Source: Elsinoe ampelina
Lineage: Eukaryota
NCBI GenBank assembly: GCA_010093995.1
Contig: ML992511.1
Span: 1-61,163, forward strand
Direction: 5' to 3'
DNA: 61,163 nt
A program made the position numbers and the translations under genes. Numbering within the stretch: position 1 is the stretch's first letter; each line of letters starts with the position of its first letter. Positions 37,499 through 50,137 of the stretch are shown here, piece by piece. The notes below the pieces were generated by a model that was not told the origin of the DNA, ran no database searches, and was given only the letters and a program-made list of their open reading frames with translations.

Positions 37499-38621
37499 AT
37501 GAAGGTAAGAATTTGCAATCTGTTTTGCGCCCGTACAGTGCTGACATGAATACCAGTATATCGCATCAAGAGACTGTCAGATCGTGACTGACGCTCTGAA
37601 TTTCTCCACCGCTGACTGCCACATAATCGGAAGCTGTGACCTTTACACGACAAAAGCTGCTGGAGCAGACAAGAAGCTATACAAGAGCATCGAGAACACA
37701 CTCGAGTCACAACATGAGAGCCTCGTTCGACTTTCGGCGTCTCTGTCACCTGTACAGCACCCGGTAGATGGCAAGCAGAGGAAGGATACACCTCCGATAC
37801 AAATGCCGCAAATCGATCTTTCTCGCGACAGTCCGTTTGGACCACTGAGTAAGATTAGTGCGCGGAGAACCTTTGCCTATCTTATCGCGACTCTCAACGC
37901 TTCGCATCCTGACTACGACTTCTCGAATATCCTTCGTCCATCAGATTTCCGCAAGACAAGTGGAACTGCGATTCGCAAATCTGTTGACAGCACAATGGCG
38001 CATCTCAGACCTCGCAGAATGACCACCACAGCCCATCGCACCTTCATCAGCAACTCCGCGCCTGGTGCGCCTTCGGGAGAGATCATGTGGAGTGATGCGA
38101 TGTGGAGCTTGATGGATCAAGAAATGAGTCTCCGCGAATGCGAAAAGTATGTATGGGACCCAGAAGACGATCCTTTTGAGGAAGAGAGCAGTCTTTGGAG
38201 CCAGCACTACTTCTTCTTCAACAAGGATAAGAAGCGCGTGTGCTACCTTCATTTCGGTGCTTTCAGCGTCATCTCACATTCACCGATCCGTACTATCTTG
38301 CCTGCTCGCGCAACATCGATGCCGCGCAACAACGTCAGTATCGCTGATGGTGCAGGTAAGAGGGCACAGTACTGGCTTGGTCACAGTGTCGATGACGAGG
38401 AAGTTGACAGCAGTTGGCGAGAAGACGATGATATGTACGATGAAGGCGAGTACACCGAGGATCTTGATGACATTCGCGAACAGCTCGAGGATGGTTATTT
38501 CAACTACGACGATTACGCCGACGACTACATGGACTCGGATGATGCGGCTGCCTGGCAACCTCGAGGGAGGAGCCAGCCTCGAGCTATTAGCGAGGATGTC
38601 ATTGAACATATGGAGATGTGA
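37499..38621 (+). CDS. MAF1: RNA polymerase III repressor Maf1; intron 37505-37556
   Basis: GSCDLYTTKAAGADKKLYK, SPFGPLS..RRTFAYLIATLNASHPDYDFS, WSQHYFFFNKDKKRV, acidic tail. Confidence 0.96.
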
Positions 38622-39159
38622 GTGAAGAACATGCAACAATAATGGATACGAGTAACAAGGGATTTTCGGGCAGGTGGTCAATGGACGGGATGGATAAGCT
38701 GGGTGCCGGCTAATGTGTTGGGCACAATGTGTTCTTGTATGATATGCTCGACGGCGTTACAGGATGGCTGGGATCAGCGAAGGAGTTCAATTGCTCTTGA
38801 GGAAGGATTATGATACCATGGATGTTTTGAGCTTGAGTAGCACAGTCTTGACTCGATGATTAGTCTTCAGCTTCACTTTGTTGTTCCTTGTACGCGTCCA
38901 AGAGGTCATTCGTGAGATCTCCTCCATTACCATCTCACGAATTGATGCAGTGCAACTTGTACCCAAAGTACCGTCCGATTTTCAAATTGTCAGGCCTGCC
39001 GTCCTCGAATCATATAACCAACCCAAAAATATCCAACCATACCTACCCCATATCTCACCTCAGCCCAACCTGAGTGGTCTGATCCCCTCCACTCAAAAAG
39101 CTTCCTCCCACCCCACCCCTCCTCTTCACACCCACCAACCACTCCTCCCCTCCCCAACC

Positions 39160-40518
39160 ATGGCGCCCTACACCATCCTCCTCACCGGCGCCAACAGCGG
39201 CCTGGGCTTCTCCACCTGCTGCCGCCTCATGAACGAATTCCTCTCCACCCGCCCCGCCTCGCAAACCCTCCACCTGCTCTTCACGACCCGCTCCCCCTCC
39301 AAATCCTCCTCCACCCTAGCGCGGCTCACCGCGCACCTCGACCGCACCATCGCCTCCGTGTACGGCTCCGAGGCCAAGACGGCCTCCATCCGCGAGATGC
39401 AGAAGGCAAGGGTGAGGATCGACGGCGAAGAGGCGGACCTCTGCGACTTGGGGTCCGTGAAGCGCTTGGCTGGGAGGGTGAGGGGGAGGGGCCAGAAGGT
39501 GGATTGTTTGATCTGCAACGCGGGGATAGGTGGGTGGGAGGGATTGCATTGGGGCCAGGCGATGTGGGGGGTTTGCACGGATATTTTCGAGGCGACGACG
39601 TTTCCGTGGTATAAGAGGGGGATGGTGGGGAGGAGGGTGGAGTGGGATGGTGCTGGGAGGGGGGAACCAGGGAATGAGAAGGATGTGGGTGGCGAGGAGG
39701 AGCCGGTGTTGGGGGAGACGTTCACGGCGAATGTTTTTGGGCATTATATGTTGGTGCATTGGTTGGCGGGGGTTATGGTTAGGAGGGAGGGGGAGGGGAG
39801 TAGGGTGGTGTGGGTTAGTAGTATTGAGGCGTTTGATAAGTTCTTTGATGTGGAGGATTTGCAGGGGTTGAAGGTGGGTTGGTCGTATGAGAGTAGTAAG
39901 AGGTTGACGGACTTGTTGGTGTTGACGTCCGAGGAGACGAGTACGAGGAGGTATGTCGAGGAGTTCTTCTCGGTTGGGAATGGAGGTAAGGAGAGCCCGA
40001 AGATGAGGGATGAAGGGGAAGGTGTGTTGATTGAGACGGAGGGAAAGGTGAAGCCAAAGATGTATGTCTCGCATCCTGGTGTTTGCGTCACGTCCATATC
40101 TGGCATTCACTGGTTACTGGTGTACCTCAACATTGCTGCGCTCTACATGGTCAGATGGCTGGGCTCCCCATGGCATCCTATATCGTCATACATCGCAGCA
40201 GTCTCGACAGTCTGGATCGCACTTGCAGACACAGAGACTCTTGACAGGCTCGAAGGCGAAGAGGGGAAAGGTAAATGGGGAGCTGCCACGGATCGAATGG
40301 GAGGCGAGAGGGTGGTAAGGACGGAGGTAGATGGTTGGGGATGGGGAGGAAAGCCTGGCGAGACTACAGATGGTGTCTGGAGGCTCGAGGCAAGAAAGGG
40401 CAAGAACAGGGTATACACCAAGGAGGAACGTGAGGAATTCGATGTGAAGGGCGCACAGGTCTGGAAGGCAATGGAGCGTCTCAGGAAGGACTGGGAACGA
40501 CGATTGCAAGAATCGTAG
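39160..40518 (+). CDS. ERG27: 3-keto-steroid reductase (SDR family)
   Basis: LLTGANSGLGFSTCCRL, LICNAGIGGW, GETFTANVFGHY, WVSSIEA, SYESSKRLTDLL, SHPGVCVTSI, RWLGSPWH. Confidence 0.92.
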   Translation: MAPYTILLTGANSGLGFSTCCRLMNEFLSTRPASQTLHLLFTTRSPSKSSSTLARLTAHLDRTIASVYGSEAKTASIREMQKARVRIDGEEADLCDLGSVKRLAGRVRGRGQKVDCLICNAGIGGWEGLHWGQAMWGVCTDIFEATTFPWYKRGMVGRRVEWDGAGRGEPGNEKDVGGEEEPVLGETFTANVFGHYMLVHWLAGVMVRREGEGSRVVWVSSIEAFDKFFDVEDLQGLKVGWSYESSKRLTDLLVLTSEETSTRRYVEEFFSVGNGGKESPKMRDEGEGVLIETEGKVKPKMYVSHPGVCVTSISGIHWLLVYLNIAALYMVRWLGSPWHPISSYIAAVSTVWIALADTETLDRLEGEEGKGKWGAATDRMGGERVVRTEVDGWGWGGKPGETTDGVWRLEARKGKNRVYTKEEREEFDVKGAQVWKAMERLRKDWERRLQES

Positions 40519-40802
40519 TCGTATTGAAGCGATGCTGTTGCCTACTTAGAAGCATGCAAGATACCCCTGTATACATAATCGCAAAAGCCTCTGTCTGAAC
40601 AACCTTCTGAATGTTATTACCCATGGGACACCACTAACATCTAGTTTTCCGACGTTCAGCCAAGATACGACCTCCATGTATCAGGCATGCTACAGTAAGA
40701 CAACCAGCCTTCTCCCTCTAGAAGGCCGACCAGCTCACTGGTAGTGGTCATTTCCCTGGTAACGAGTGACTCTAGTGTTTCGACTCAGGCGTCTGTATAT
40801 CT

Positions 40803-43085
40803 TTACGCTCCGCTTCCATCATCCTGCTCGGGCTCCTGGTCATCATCGACGTGCAGATAGACGACATAGCGGACATCGTCATCTGCCAACCTCATATTCA
40901 TGCCCTGACTGCGAGTAATCCTCAAACCCCAATCCAGGATGAAGCTCGTCGACCACAATGGCGATCTCCATACATTTGTGGCTCGAGCGTCACCAGCTAC
41001 CACGTCGGACGCAGCTTTGCCTACCAGCTTCATGAAGTATCGACCTTCTGGATCATTTTGGTCGTCATCGGAGTCCGAAGCTGGCACTACTGCGAGAAAT
41101 TGGTCACCATCGTATTCGTCACTCAGGGTCTTCATCTGCAACGGTAGCAGCTCGCGCGTGGACTGCCCGTCTGGATTGTCCCTGGTGGTAGCCACGGCCG
41201 TCTGAGCTGCTATGAGAGCCGCACATAGATAGAGCACCCAGACGTGCTGCTCTAGCTCGGAACCACGTATGTCAGCGATGTCGTTGAGCGAGAATGCGGC
41301 AATGATGCCGGTGATAAGTTGCTCGTGTCGGGCTGGAGCAGAAACCAGCATATTGTGGATTGCCTCTTCCAGGGTGAAGATGTATGATCGAGCTTCAAGG
41401 TTGCGGAGGCCGGCGACGCTGGTGATCTCGTTCTGAGGACGAAGGGAGCGGTTGAAGGTGAGAAGACCGTTTCGTAACGAATGCATGATCGTCAGCTGAC
41501 CTTCCCGGTATATCTTTGCATATCGCTGTCTTTCGTTGGCGGGTTCTGCTGGTAGTCGCTCTCCAGCCTCTGTGATTTTGTTGATCTTGGGCATCAGTGA
41601 CGACACGATGTAGAAAGCTATTCGAGGGAGTACGCGGCGTCCTGGACCGTTGAGAAGGTAGTCCTTTGGTTCTTCCTCAATCGGCGTGACAACGAGGCCA
41701 CGCTCGAACACGACAATGTAGTAGAAGAGCTCGATCAGTGGTATCGGAATGCATTCCCAGACATCATTTCCAGATTCAGACTGCCAGCCTGCAAGGCGAA
41801 AAGTTGCAGCATCAGAGTTCCAAAGACCCATGGTAGTAAAATAGCCTGGATGAACGGCACGGATCAACTTTTGTAGTTCGCGTGGAGGTGGCTTGAGAGT
41901 CTCGAAGACGCAGTCATGAGGGTTCCCTTCTATGCAGAAGCCGTAGCCCATGAGCAGTTCTGAATTTGATTTGGGTCCGTAGTTGTTGAAGATCTCAGAA
42001 TCATTACTCGCTCCCTCATGTAATGAGAGGATAAAGCGGCCAGGCTCGAAGGCCCAATCGACCTTTGCATCGGGATTGTGGTTCAGACAGTCCATGATCG
42101 GGACGAGGACTGGGAAGTCCTTCCTGGTTTGCGACACCCGACTAAAGTCTAGCAAGACGGTTTGACGACCTCGTGGTCCCTGCTTGTACGCAGTCCAGTA
42201 TTTGCTGTCCTGCGGGGTCACTGCTCGAGAGCTCAGACTGCGAGAGTTGAAGACAGTAGCTGCCCATTTGCAAAGTGTCCTGAACAATATTAGTCTATGC
42301 AATCTTTCGCTGTCATGGGTCTGAACACCTGCTGCAGCGAAAGTACAACCACAATGGTCCAGGCGAGCATCGGTGCTAATCCTCCTGAAGCGGGCTGGTG
42401 GTACTTATGAAATGTATTACCAGGTCCTGAAGGCAACCAATCTGCATCTCAAACGAGCCACGGTCGCAAATATGTGTCGTGCCCATGAGACCTGGCCAAC
42501 GTGGTACGTAAGGGCGAGGCCTGCTCCTGTAGGCAATGTATGGTGGGGTACGCATCTTGAGGGAGTATGTTGCTTCGCGTAATATATGGAGACGACTCAC
42601 CAGGTATACTGACTTACGTCCATACCGCCTGCATCCAGTACTTTCGTATCACCCCGCCAGTACTTGCGCCAGGCCTCCTCGAGGCCTTTGAACGTGTTCA
42701 GCAGGTCAGTGCCTTGCAGCCATAAAAGATCTTCCTCATCGAACCAGAAAGGAGTGTTAAATCCCTGGTCAGGAGTCGGTAAGATGTCTAGATAAGGCTT
42801 CCAGAATGATTTGTCCTTGTTCAGCCATTGTGACATCAGATATAGGACTCCTAGCGCCTCCACTGTGAAGGAGTCCGCGTTGGCTTTGAGCACAGGGAGA
42901 GAGTCGTCGACCATGGCATTCAAGCAGGACAAGAACACCGAGTGAGGAACACTCATGACCTTCTCCCCCGCAGCGAGATCCTCTTTGGCGGTAAGATAGC
43001 ATCCTTGTTCTCCCTGCACTCGTAGCTCTGTGGATGGGTGAAGGTGCCCATTGTTGTCTTCGAGCCACTTTCGCAATTCGTCCAT
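40803..43085 (-). CDS. SET-domain protein lysine methyltransferase (Rkm1/Rubisco-LSMT-like); one 321-nt intron 42280-42600
   Basis: WLEDNNGHLHP, SFWKPYLDILP, WAATVFNSRS, LVPIMDCLNHNP, EIFNNYGPKSNSELLMGYGF; YTW and TLCKW join in frame. Confidence 0.9.
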
Positions 43086-43320
43086 AATAGGGTATTGCGC
43101 AATGAATCGTTTACAAATCCGCCGCAGGATTTCAGCTTTACTATCACACACCCATTACATGCGTTTCTGATGTGAGAGCAAAGGAGAGTTGCCCAAAACG
43201 AGGAATATCAGATTTCTTTCCCCATGAACGTCACTCGGCAAACTTTCCTCCCCCACAATTCATCATCACCTCCCCTGCTGTCTGACTCGACCTGTCGTCC
43301 ATCTTTCCTTCTTGAATGTC

Positions 43321-45341
43321 ATGTCTCGCGCGGCGACATCATACAAGAAGAAAGATGGTACCCTCGCCGTCGGTGATGATCGCAAGTCCCTCTTCTGGAC
43401 GGCTGCCGCGCCTCCAGGTGCCTCCCCCAGTCTCACGATACCAATTGGAGACATTGTCAGTGAGTACGAGCTGGGATATGATCGTGAAAGTGAGGCTAAT
43501 CTGCGTCAGATCTCCAACAGACACCTGCAAACAAGCCGAAAATTGCCTTGAAGGTCGTCGTCCAAGCGAGCGGCGCCAGTCAGTCAGACGATCACATCTT
43601 CTCATTCACCTCCCCCACAGCGGCTCGAAAGGAACAAGAAGCGATTACAGAAGTCTTACGGAATGCCTTGGCCACACTCAAATCCGCCACGGCCCCTCGA
43701 CCTGTACTTCCAGCAGCGTCCACGAACAAACAGGATGACGGTGGGTCGGCACAGTCGGCCTCTATGGCCATCGCCAAAGCCCTCTCGGCGGGTGCAGGCT
43801 CGGATGGATTTTATGACGACAACCACTTGAAGCAGGACATCGATCTGCAACAGTCTCTTCTGACCGAGAATCAAGCATTGCGGCAGCGATTCAACGAAAG
43901 TCTGAAAGAGAAGCCCGACACCATAGGTCTCACCCAGTTCAGCGCGCAGTTCTGGTCAACGAGACTACACCTATTACGGGCTCATGCCATCGAGAAGGCG
44001 CAAAAGCAGGGAGATTACAATGTTCTACCAGACTTTACCTACAAACGCATTCCTGTTGAGGGACAGGCGGACAAGCTGGTCATCAACTTGGCGAAGGAGC
44101 AGATCCAGCTGTTGTTCAAGCAGTACCCTGTCGTCCGCGAGGCATATAATCAAAGCGTGCCGCAGATTGACGCAAACGCCTTCTGGTCACGCTTCTTCAA
44201 TAGCAGACTGATCAAGAAGCTCAGAGGAGAGAAGATCACGGATGCCGACCCTACCGATCCAGTGTTCGACAAGTACCTCGACTATCGGGAAAAGGGACCT
44301 GATTCCATGGCACAAGTACCTCATTTCATCGATCTAGAGGGAAATGAGCAAAATCACAGCCAGCGTAAAGGCAACCGACCAGATGAAACTATGCGACCTG
44401 GCGAAGACGACCGCGTTCCGATCCTTCGAATCCTCAACAGCCTGTCTGAGAAGATGTTGTCGAGAGTCACGCCTTCTGATGCTGAAATGCACGGACCTGT
44501 AGGCATGGATGAGGGCACATTCGAAGAGCTCCAGTTGCGAGATCTGCAAGCAGCCGACAAGGACAACAGAGTTAAGCTCAACATCAGAGATCAACAGCGC
44601 TTTCTAAATGGCAACCCTGAAGATGAACTTTCCGCAGATGCCCAGAAGTACGCCACACAAGATCCGAAAAAGGTCCTTGCGGATTTGCAGAGAGATCTTC
44701 AGCCAAGTCATCTGGGCGAAGACGGCATCGGCAGTCTGAAGCTTGACGAAGCAATTGGATACCAATCCGACAGTGACGACAGCGATGAGGAAATGGATGG
44801 GCAGACAAACGGACACGCGACAAATACTGGAAAAATGCGAATGGGTGGATCAGCTGCACTGGACGCGGCGACGACAGATGTAATGGCTTCTGCAAAGATC
44901 AGGCGCGAGATACTTTCTGGAGAAAAGACAGGGACCATGGGGCTGTCACAGACAACCTTTGACGCAGTCACGATGACACACAATACTACGATAGAGTTCT
45001 TGCACTACTTCTGGACATTGTTCCTGTCCGGAGATGGCTCAAGAACAAGTGAATTGGCAAAGCTGGTGGAGACTCTGGACAAGTCGATTGACCGGATCAA
45101 CGCCGTGGCAAAGACAGCAGAGAACGAGAGGACGAAACGGAAAGAGAATCTCCTCTCGGCCATTGAAGGGCTTAAGCAGACTTCGGCCAAGCGAAGGAGG
45201 ATAGAGATGGAGATCGAAAGCATGGGTGGTGGCAGGAAAGCAGTCGAACAGATGATTGCGCCCACCATGAAGGCTTTATCGGAGGCGACCAGGCAGTACA
45301 AGAAGGCGTATGAGGAGCAGAGCGCCGCGATGGCGACCTAG
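43321..45341 (+). CDS. TFB1: TFIIH p62 subunit (PH + BSD domains); intron 43460-43509
   Basis: YKKKDGTL..NLQQTP (PH), QFWSTRLHLLRAHAIE, IQLLFKQYPVVREAY..FWSRFFNSRL (BSD), THNTTIEFLHYFW. Confidence 0.93.
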
Positions 45342-45674
45342 ATACCCATGATTGAATTAATCAACAAACAGTCCCCGTCACACATGCAGCTTGAGTTGCT
45401 TTTGATGCAGGGGAAAGACTGCTGAGGTGGAGTGTATGCACGGATTTAAGCCGGAGCTCCCACGGTTGCTTTGACGACGCACGCACCATCAACACTGACG
45501 CCAAACCTCGACCCTCCACACCTCAGGCATTTACTATCCTCATAGTTTTAGTGGTACTGAGCTTCCCTTATGCCCGATTTTCAAATTCTGCTCATATCTT
45601 CTGCTTCGAGCTTGTACCAGTCAGGCTGCTGAATGTCGAGCTGCCACTGTCTCCTGCAGAGACGTTAAGCTACC

Positions 45675-48445
45675 ATGGCTGACGTGGAGAATGGCCATCG
45701 CCGGTCCAAATCATCCAATGTTCTTCACTCACTGGTCAATCCAAAGACACGAAACAGGATGAGCAAGGATGTATCCCAGGACGCCGCAGCTCTGGGTGTC
45801 CGCAATGCCAATGCTCAACACGTACCTCTCTTACCTCCAGATCATCCTCATGCTAAAGCTTCCGGAACTGAGAACATTGCTCCGACCCCGACAAACGACC
45901 AGCGATCCTCCAGGAGGCGAGACAAGGAAACGGACAAGAAGGATCATAAGAGATCAAAGAGTGCCGTCTCGCTTAGAACGCTGGTCGGTGGGGATTCAAA
46001 GTCCGGAAAGGAAAAGGATCGCAAACCAAAAGACCAATCACCGGACAAGAAGAGCTTGCGAAGACCAAAGAAAGAGAAATCCTTGACTGGGCTCTCCGGT
46101 CTCTTTTCTAAGAGGAACAAGTCTTCCAAGGATCTCGTCGAGACGGCGGTGGTGGATAAGGATGCACAGATCTCGCCGACGAAGGAAGTGTCCATGGAGA
46201 CACCCATCTGGGCACAATTCGCCTCACAGAAAGAAGAGCAGCCGATGAGACATCCAAGAGTCCGGGACGATGTATCTGACGAGAAACTGAGAGGTATCAA
46301 GGACGAGATGGACAGGTACACACCGAAAGAGTACAATCCCTATGCTCAACGAGACTTTCAAGGAATCAAGCCGGCGCTCAGTCGACCTACCTCTTCCTAT
46401 CGACCACGGAGCGCTGTAATGGTACCGCAGACCTCCATGTTCAGCGATCTTCAGAAAGCCCTCGAATCGGCCCAGCGCTCACAGATCGGCTCCCGTGGCA
46501 GTGATACTTCCAGTATCAGTGTTAGAGGGATCGGAGGCGACACAACGTCTGCGCCCAGTAGTAGACCACAATCTATGCATTTCGAGGCTCCTCGCCAGAC
46601 CAGCAGCAGCAGTACGGATCAAGGACCCGCAAAAGACATTGCTATTGCCAAACGTGGCTCTAGAGTGGCTGCTGCCGTCGCTGCTATTGATCACAAAACA
46701 CCTGTCAGCAGGAAACCGGAAGCACCCGCGGTTGATCCAAGAGAAGTCGAAGAGGCATTCGAAGCAGTATTGGAGAGGCGAAACATTCCGGAAGACCAAC
46801 GTCGTTCCATGCGGTCACTCACTCTGCACATCAAGGCCGACTTTGTCAAACAGGACGAAAAGGCTAGTCGCCCTTCCAGCCCTGTTAAGAAGGCATCCAA
46901 CGAGGCTATCCATACCCTGAATCGAGCGACGACGGATGAGGTCAAAGCCAAATCGGCCAAGAAGGAAGAGGACGTGAGGGACAAATCACCTAGCAAGCGA
47001 GAACGCCCACGCAGCAGGACCTTCAACTTCACCAAGACCGATACATCGCCCGTCAAGAAGCAGAAGGGAACTAGTCGCCCGACTTCGATTCAAGATGCCA
47101 ACCAGCTTGTCAGGGCCGACTCTGGAGGATCGGCTAACGAGAGTGTCAGGACTGCTTCATTTGGAAGATCGACTCAACGACCAGCCATGCCTGAAGACTA
47201 TGTAACTCATCTTCGCGACATGCGTGATCCGACCCAAGCAGAAGTCGGCCGTGTACATAAGCTCAGGATATTGCTGAGGAACGAGACGGTAGCTTGGACT
47301 GACAGCTTCATTGAGCTAGGTGGCATGGCTGAAATCATGGCTTTGCTTCAACGGATCATGGCCATAGAATGGCGCGAGGACCACGAGGATCAGTTGCTAC
47401 ATGAAACACTTCTGTGCTTGAAAGGCATCTCGACGACAAAATTCGCCCTGCAGAAGCTTGAAGAGGTTGCGGATGAGCTTTTCCCGCAACTGCTGCACTT
47501 GATCTTCGACGAGGAGAAGAAGGGACCAAGCGAGTTCAACACTCGTGGGATCATCATTACGGTCTTGTGTATGCCTTTCCTCGGCCATTTTTTGGATGAC
47601 CTTGCTAATGTGTCCTAGTCAGCTATCTTTCCTCGGCTTCTTACTCTTCGCCAACGTCACTTGCGGATCGTGCTGCCAAGGTCCTTCAGTATCTACAAGA
47701 TACGCACAAGCCTGATGCTCAACCATTACCTTTCGTTCTGGAGATGCAAGCCCGTCGACCATACAGGACATGGTGCAGAGAGGTAGCCAATGTAACGAAG
47801 GAAGTATTCTGGATCTTCCTTCACCACGGGAACATCATTCCAGTCCCACGGTGCCCGACCGACCCCAACACTCTGCTGAATGAGGATAATCGTCCACGAT
47901 TTCCAACGTCAGATCGTAAACCTTTACCGACACTACCTTCTGGTCTATCCGGCACTCCGTCGCTGGATCTGTCCTCTTCATACACCAAAAGGCATTTCCC
48001 TGGCACTCGGCCGCCGGTTCCAGCAGCTCCATACATAGGAGGTGTGGAGTGGGATGCGACGACATACATCACCTCTCACCTCGATCTGCTCAACGGGCTA
48101 CTTGCATCCCTGCCCAGCGTCGAGCAACGCAACGAGCTCAGAAGTGACCTTCGTAACTCTGGCTGGGAAAAGGTCATGGGCGCCACTCTTCGTACGTGCA
48201 AGGAGAAGTTCTATGCTGGGGTCCACGACGCTTTGCGGACCTTTGTCGGAGCGGCCATGGAGGACGGCTGGAATGTTGAGTACATTCGCACGGGCAAGGA
48301 TGAAGAAGTGGAGAAGAAACTCGCCAGCCCGAAGAAGTTGAGTAAGCAGGAGAAGGAAAAGGTCGTCCTGCCTGAGCTCAATCTAGGCATCGGGCTCGAC
48401 GAGAAAAAGCCTTTGAAAGACGACGATGACGGATGGCTGATCTAG
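45675..48445 (+). CDS. Formin-type GTPase-binding (GBD/FH3) protein without FH1/FH2, Rid1-like; intron 47569-47618
   Basis: FEAVLERRNIPE..MRSL..IKADF, HKLRILLRNETVAWTDSFI, EWREDHEDQLLHETLLCLKG, RPYRTWCREVANVTKEVFWIF, GGVEWDATTY. Confidence 0.85.
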
Positions 48446-48622
48446 TGTACCACCACGGCATGCACAGGATCAAAGGCGTTATGACGGGACGTGTAATGAC
48501 AAAAATACAAACGACGGCGTTTGGGATTCATGCAATGTATTATGCCCATACCGCCTCCCTCCCATTCTACCTGTGTATCCCAAGCCCATGACGCCTCCCC
48601 TTTTTTACCCCCTCCTTTCATC

Positions 48623-49707
48623 TCACCAACTCGTCAACCCCCTCCCCCTATCAAACCCCCCCCTCAACTGCCTCTCCGGCTTAACCACCTTCCCCTGCAA
48701 CACCGTAAACCTCACCAAATTCTCACAATCCTCCGGCCTCACCCTCGCGAGCCAAATACACTGACTCGCCTCGGGCGCCGGACTGCCATCCACCGCCGCC
48801 GCCGCCTCCCTCCCCGCGTCACCCCGTCTATACACCATCACATTCGCGGCGTACTTGTGGCCCCCCACGTGGCTTATGAAGTACACCCCCACGCCGCCGG
48901 GCCGGTTGTCGTCCATGTCCCGGTGCAGGCCGAGAGGGCGGAGGTGGCGCTCGAGTTCGCGCCGGAGGAGGGGTGCGGATTGGCCGCATCTGGCGTCGCG
49001 GGTGGCTTGGGAGCAGAGGAGGATGAGGGCTTGGTGGTTGCAGGGGCGGGGGGAGAGGGGGGCGGGGAGGGAGGGGAGGGGGGACGGTGGGGAGAGGGAT
49101 GGGGTGGCGGGGGATGTGAGGGGTGTGGTGTTGGTTGGTGAGGGGGAGATGGCGGTTTCGATCAGGGTGGGGACGAGGGTGGGGGTGACGTTGTCGATGT
49201 AGGTGAAGGAGGGGAGGAGGAGGACGGTGGTGCCTTCGGAGTGGGAGGTGGCGTGGTTGGGGAGCGGGATGTTGCACGCTGAAAGCATCATCTTCTTGGA
49301 GGTAATCAGCGGCTGGGCGACTGGGTGGAGGAGGAGGAGGGGGACCGGTGGAAGAGAAGGGGACTGACTCCGTTTGTTGGTTGGATGTTGCTGTCTTTTA
49401 CTGCTTCCATTACGCTGCCATTCTCGTCTGATACATCTCGTACCCAGTCGGTCTTCCCGGTGGCTACCAGGAGATGGGTACTCCAGCCATTGATGTGTCC
49501 GTATACCTGATCATCCTCGTCTATGCTCCATTTGCTGGGGTATTTGACCGTACACGATTCGCAGTCGTGCAGACATTCTTCCCCATCTACCTCAGGGTTC
49601 GTGATTGGGAAGAGTTCCTTCTCGTTCTTTGCCTTTGTGAAAACATCGTCGCGGTGTGCGTTCCCATTCGTGAGCTTGACCTTGAGATTGTTGAAGAGGG
49701 TCGTCAT
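48623..49707 (-). CDS. APD1: Sucrase/ferredoxin-like protein (Apd1/Aim32 family); intron 49295-49368; alternative start 49737
   Basis: CLHDCESC, HLLVATGKTDW, LLCSQATRDARCG, SHVGGHKYAANV (HxGGH iron-sulfur ligand motif), WLARVRPEDC. Confidence 0.88.
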
Positions 49708-50137
49708 AGTAGGTCGAGAGCGGCGAGGTGTAGACATCACGAAGAGGCCGTCAACAAAAATATCTAATCTGATTCATCGGCTTTTCGGAATGTCTCCGCT
49801 CCCGAGGTGGAGGAGGTTCAGGAACCGTCTGGGTCAGGCACTTCTTTTCAACCGCTTTCACCAGCTCGATCACGCAGGGACCGTACTCCTTCGGCCTTTT
49901 CGGCCTCTTCACGGCCAGATCACGACCTCCAGGCAGACGTGTAACCTCTCTGCCTATTCGCTGGCTGGTCTGACCGCCAGAATCGGTCTCTTTTGACCAG
50001 CGAGGATGGCGTCCATCTGATGGCTTGTCGATTGGTCTAGGGAACGCCTATCATCCCGCTGACCAGTTAAGAAGAATTCAACACATCGCTGCCCCTGGTT
50101 CTATGCGTGCAGGACTGGTATGGTCCCTGATGACGGC

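Noticed and set aside
42305..42460. TPP riboswitch in the long SET intron (CAGCGAAAG and CTGG-TAATAC fragments)
   Set aside because: The conserved CUGAGA and CUUGAU core elements are not present in the required order, and the host is not a thiamine gene.
49869..49925. U2 snRNA-like start (TCGGCCTTTT)
   Set aside because: The match ends after about 10 nt, and the branch-pairing GTGTAGTA is absent.
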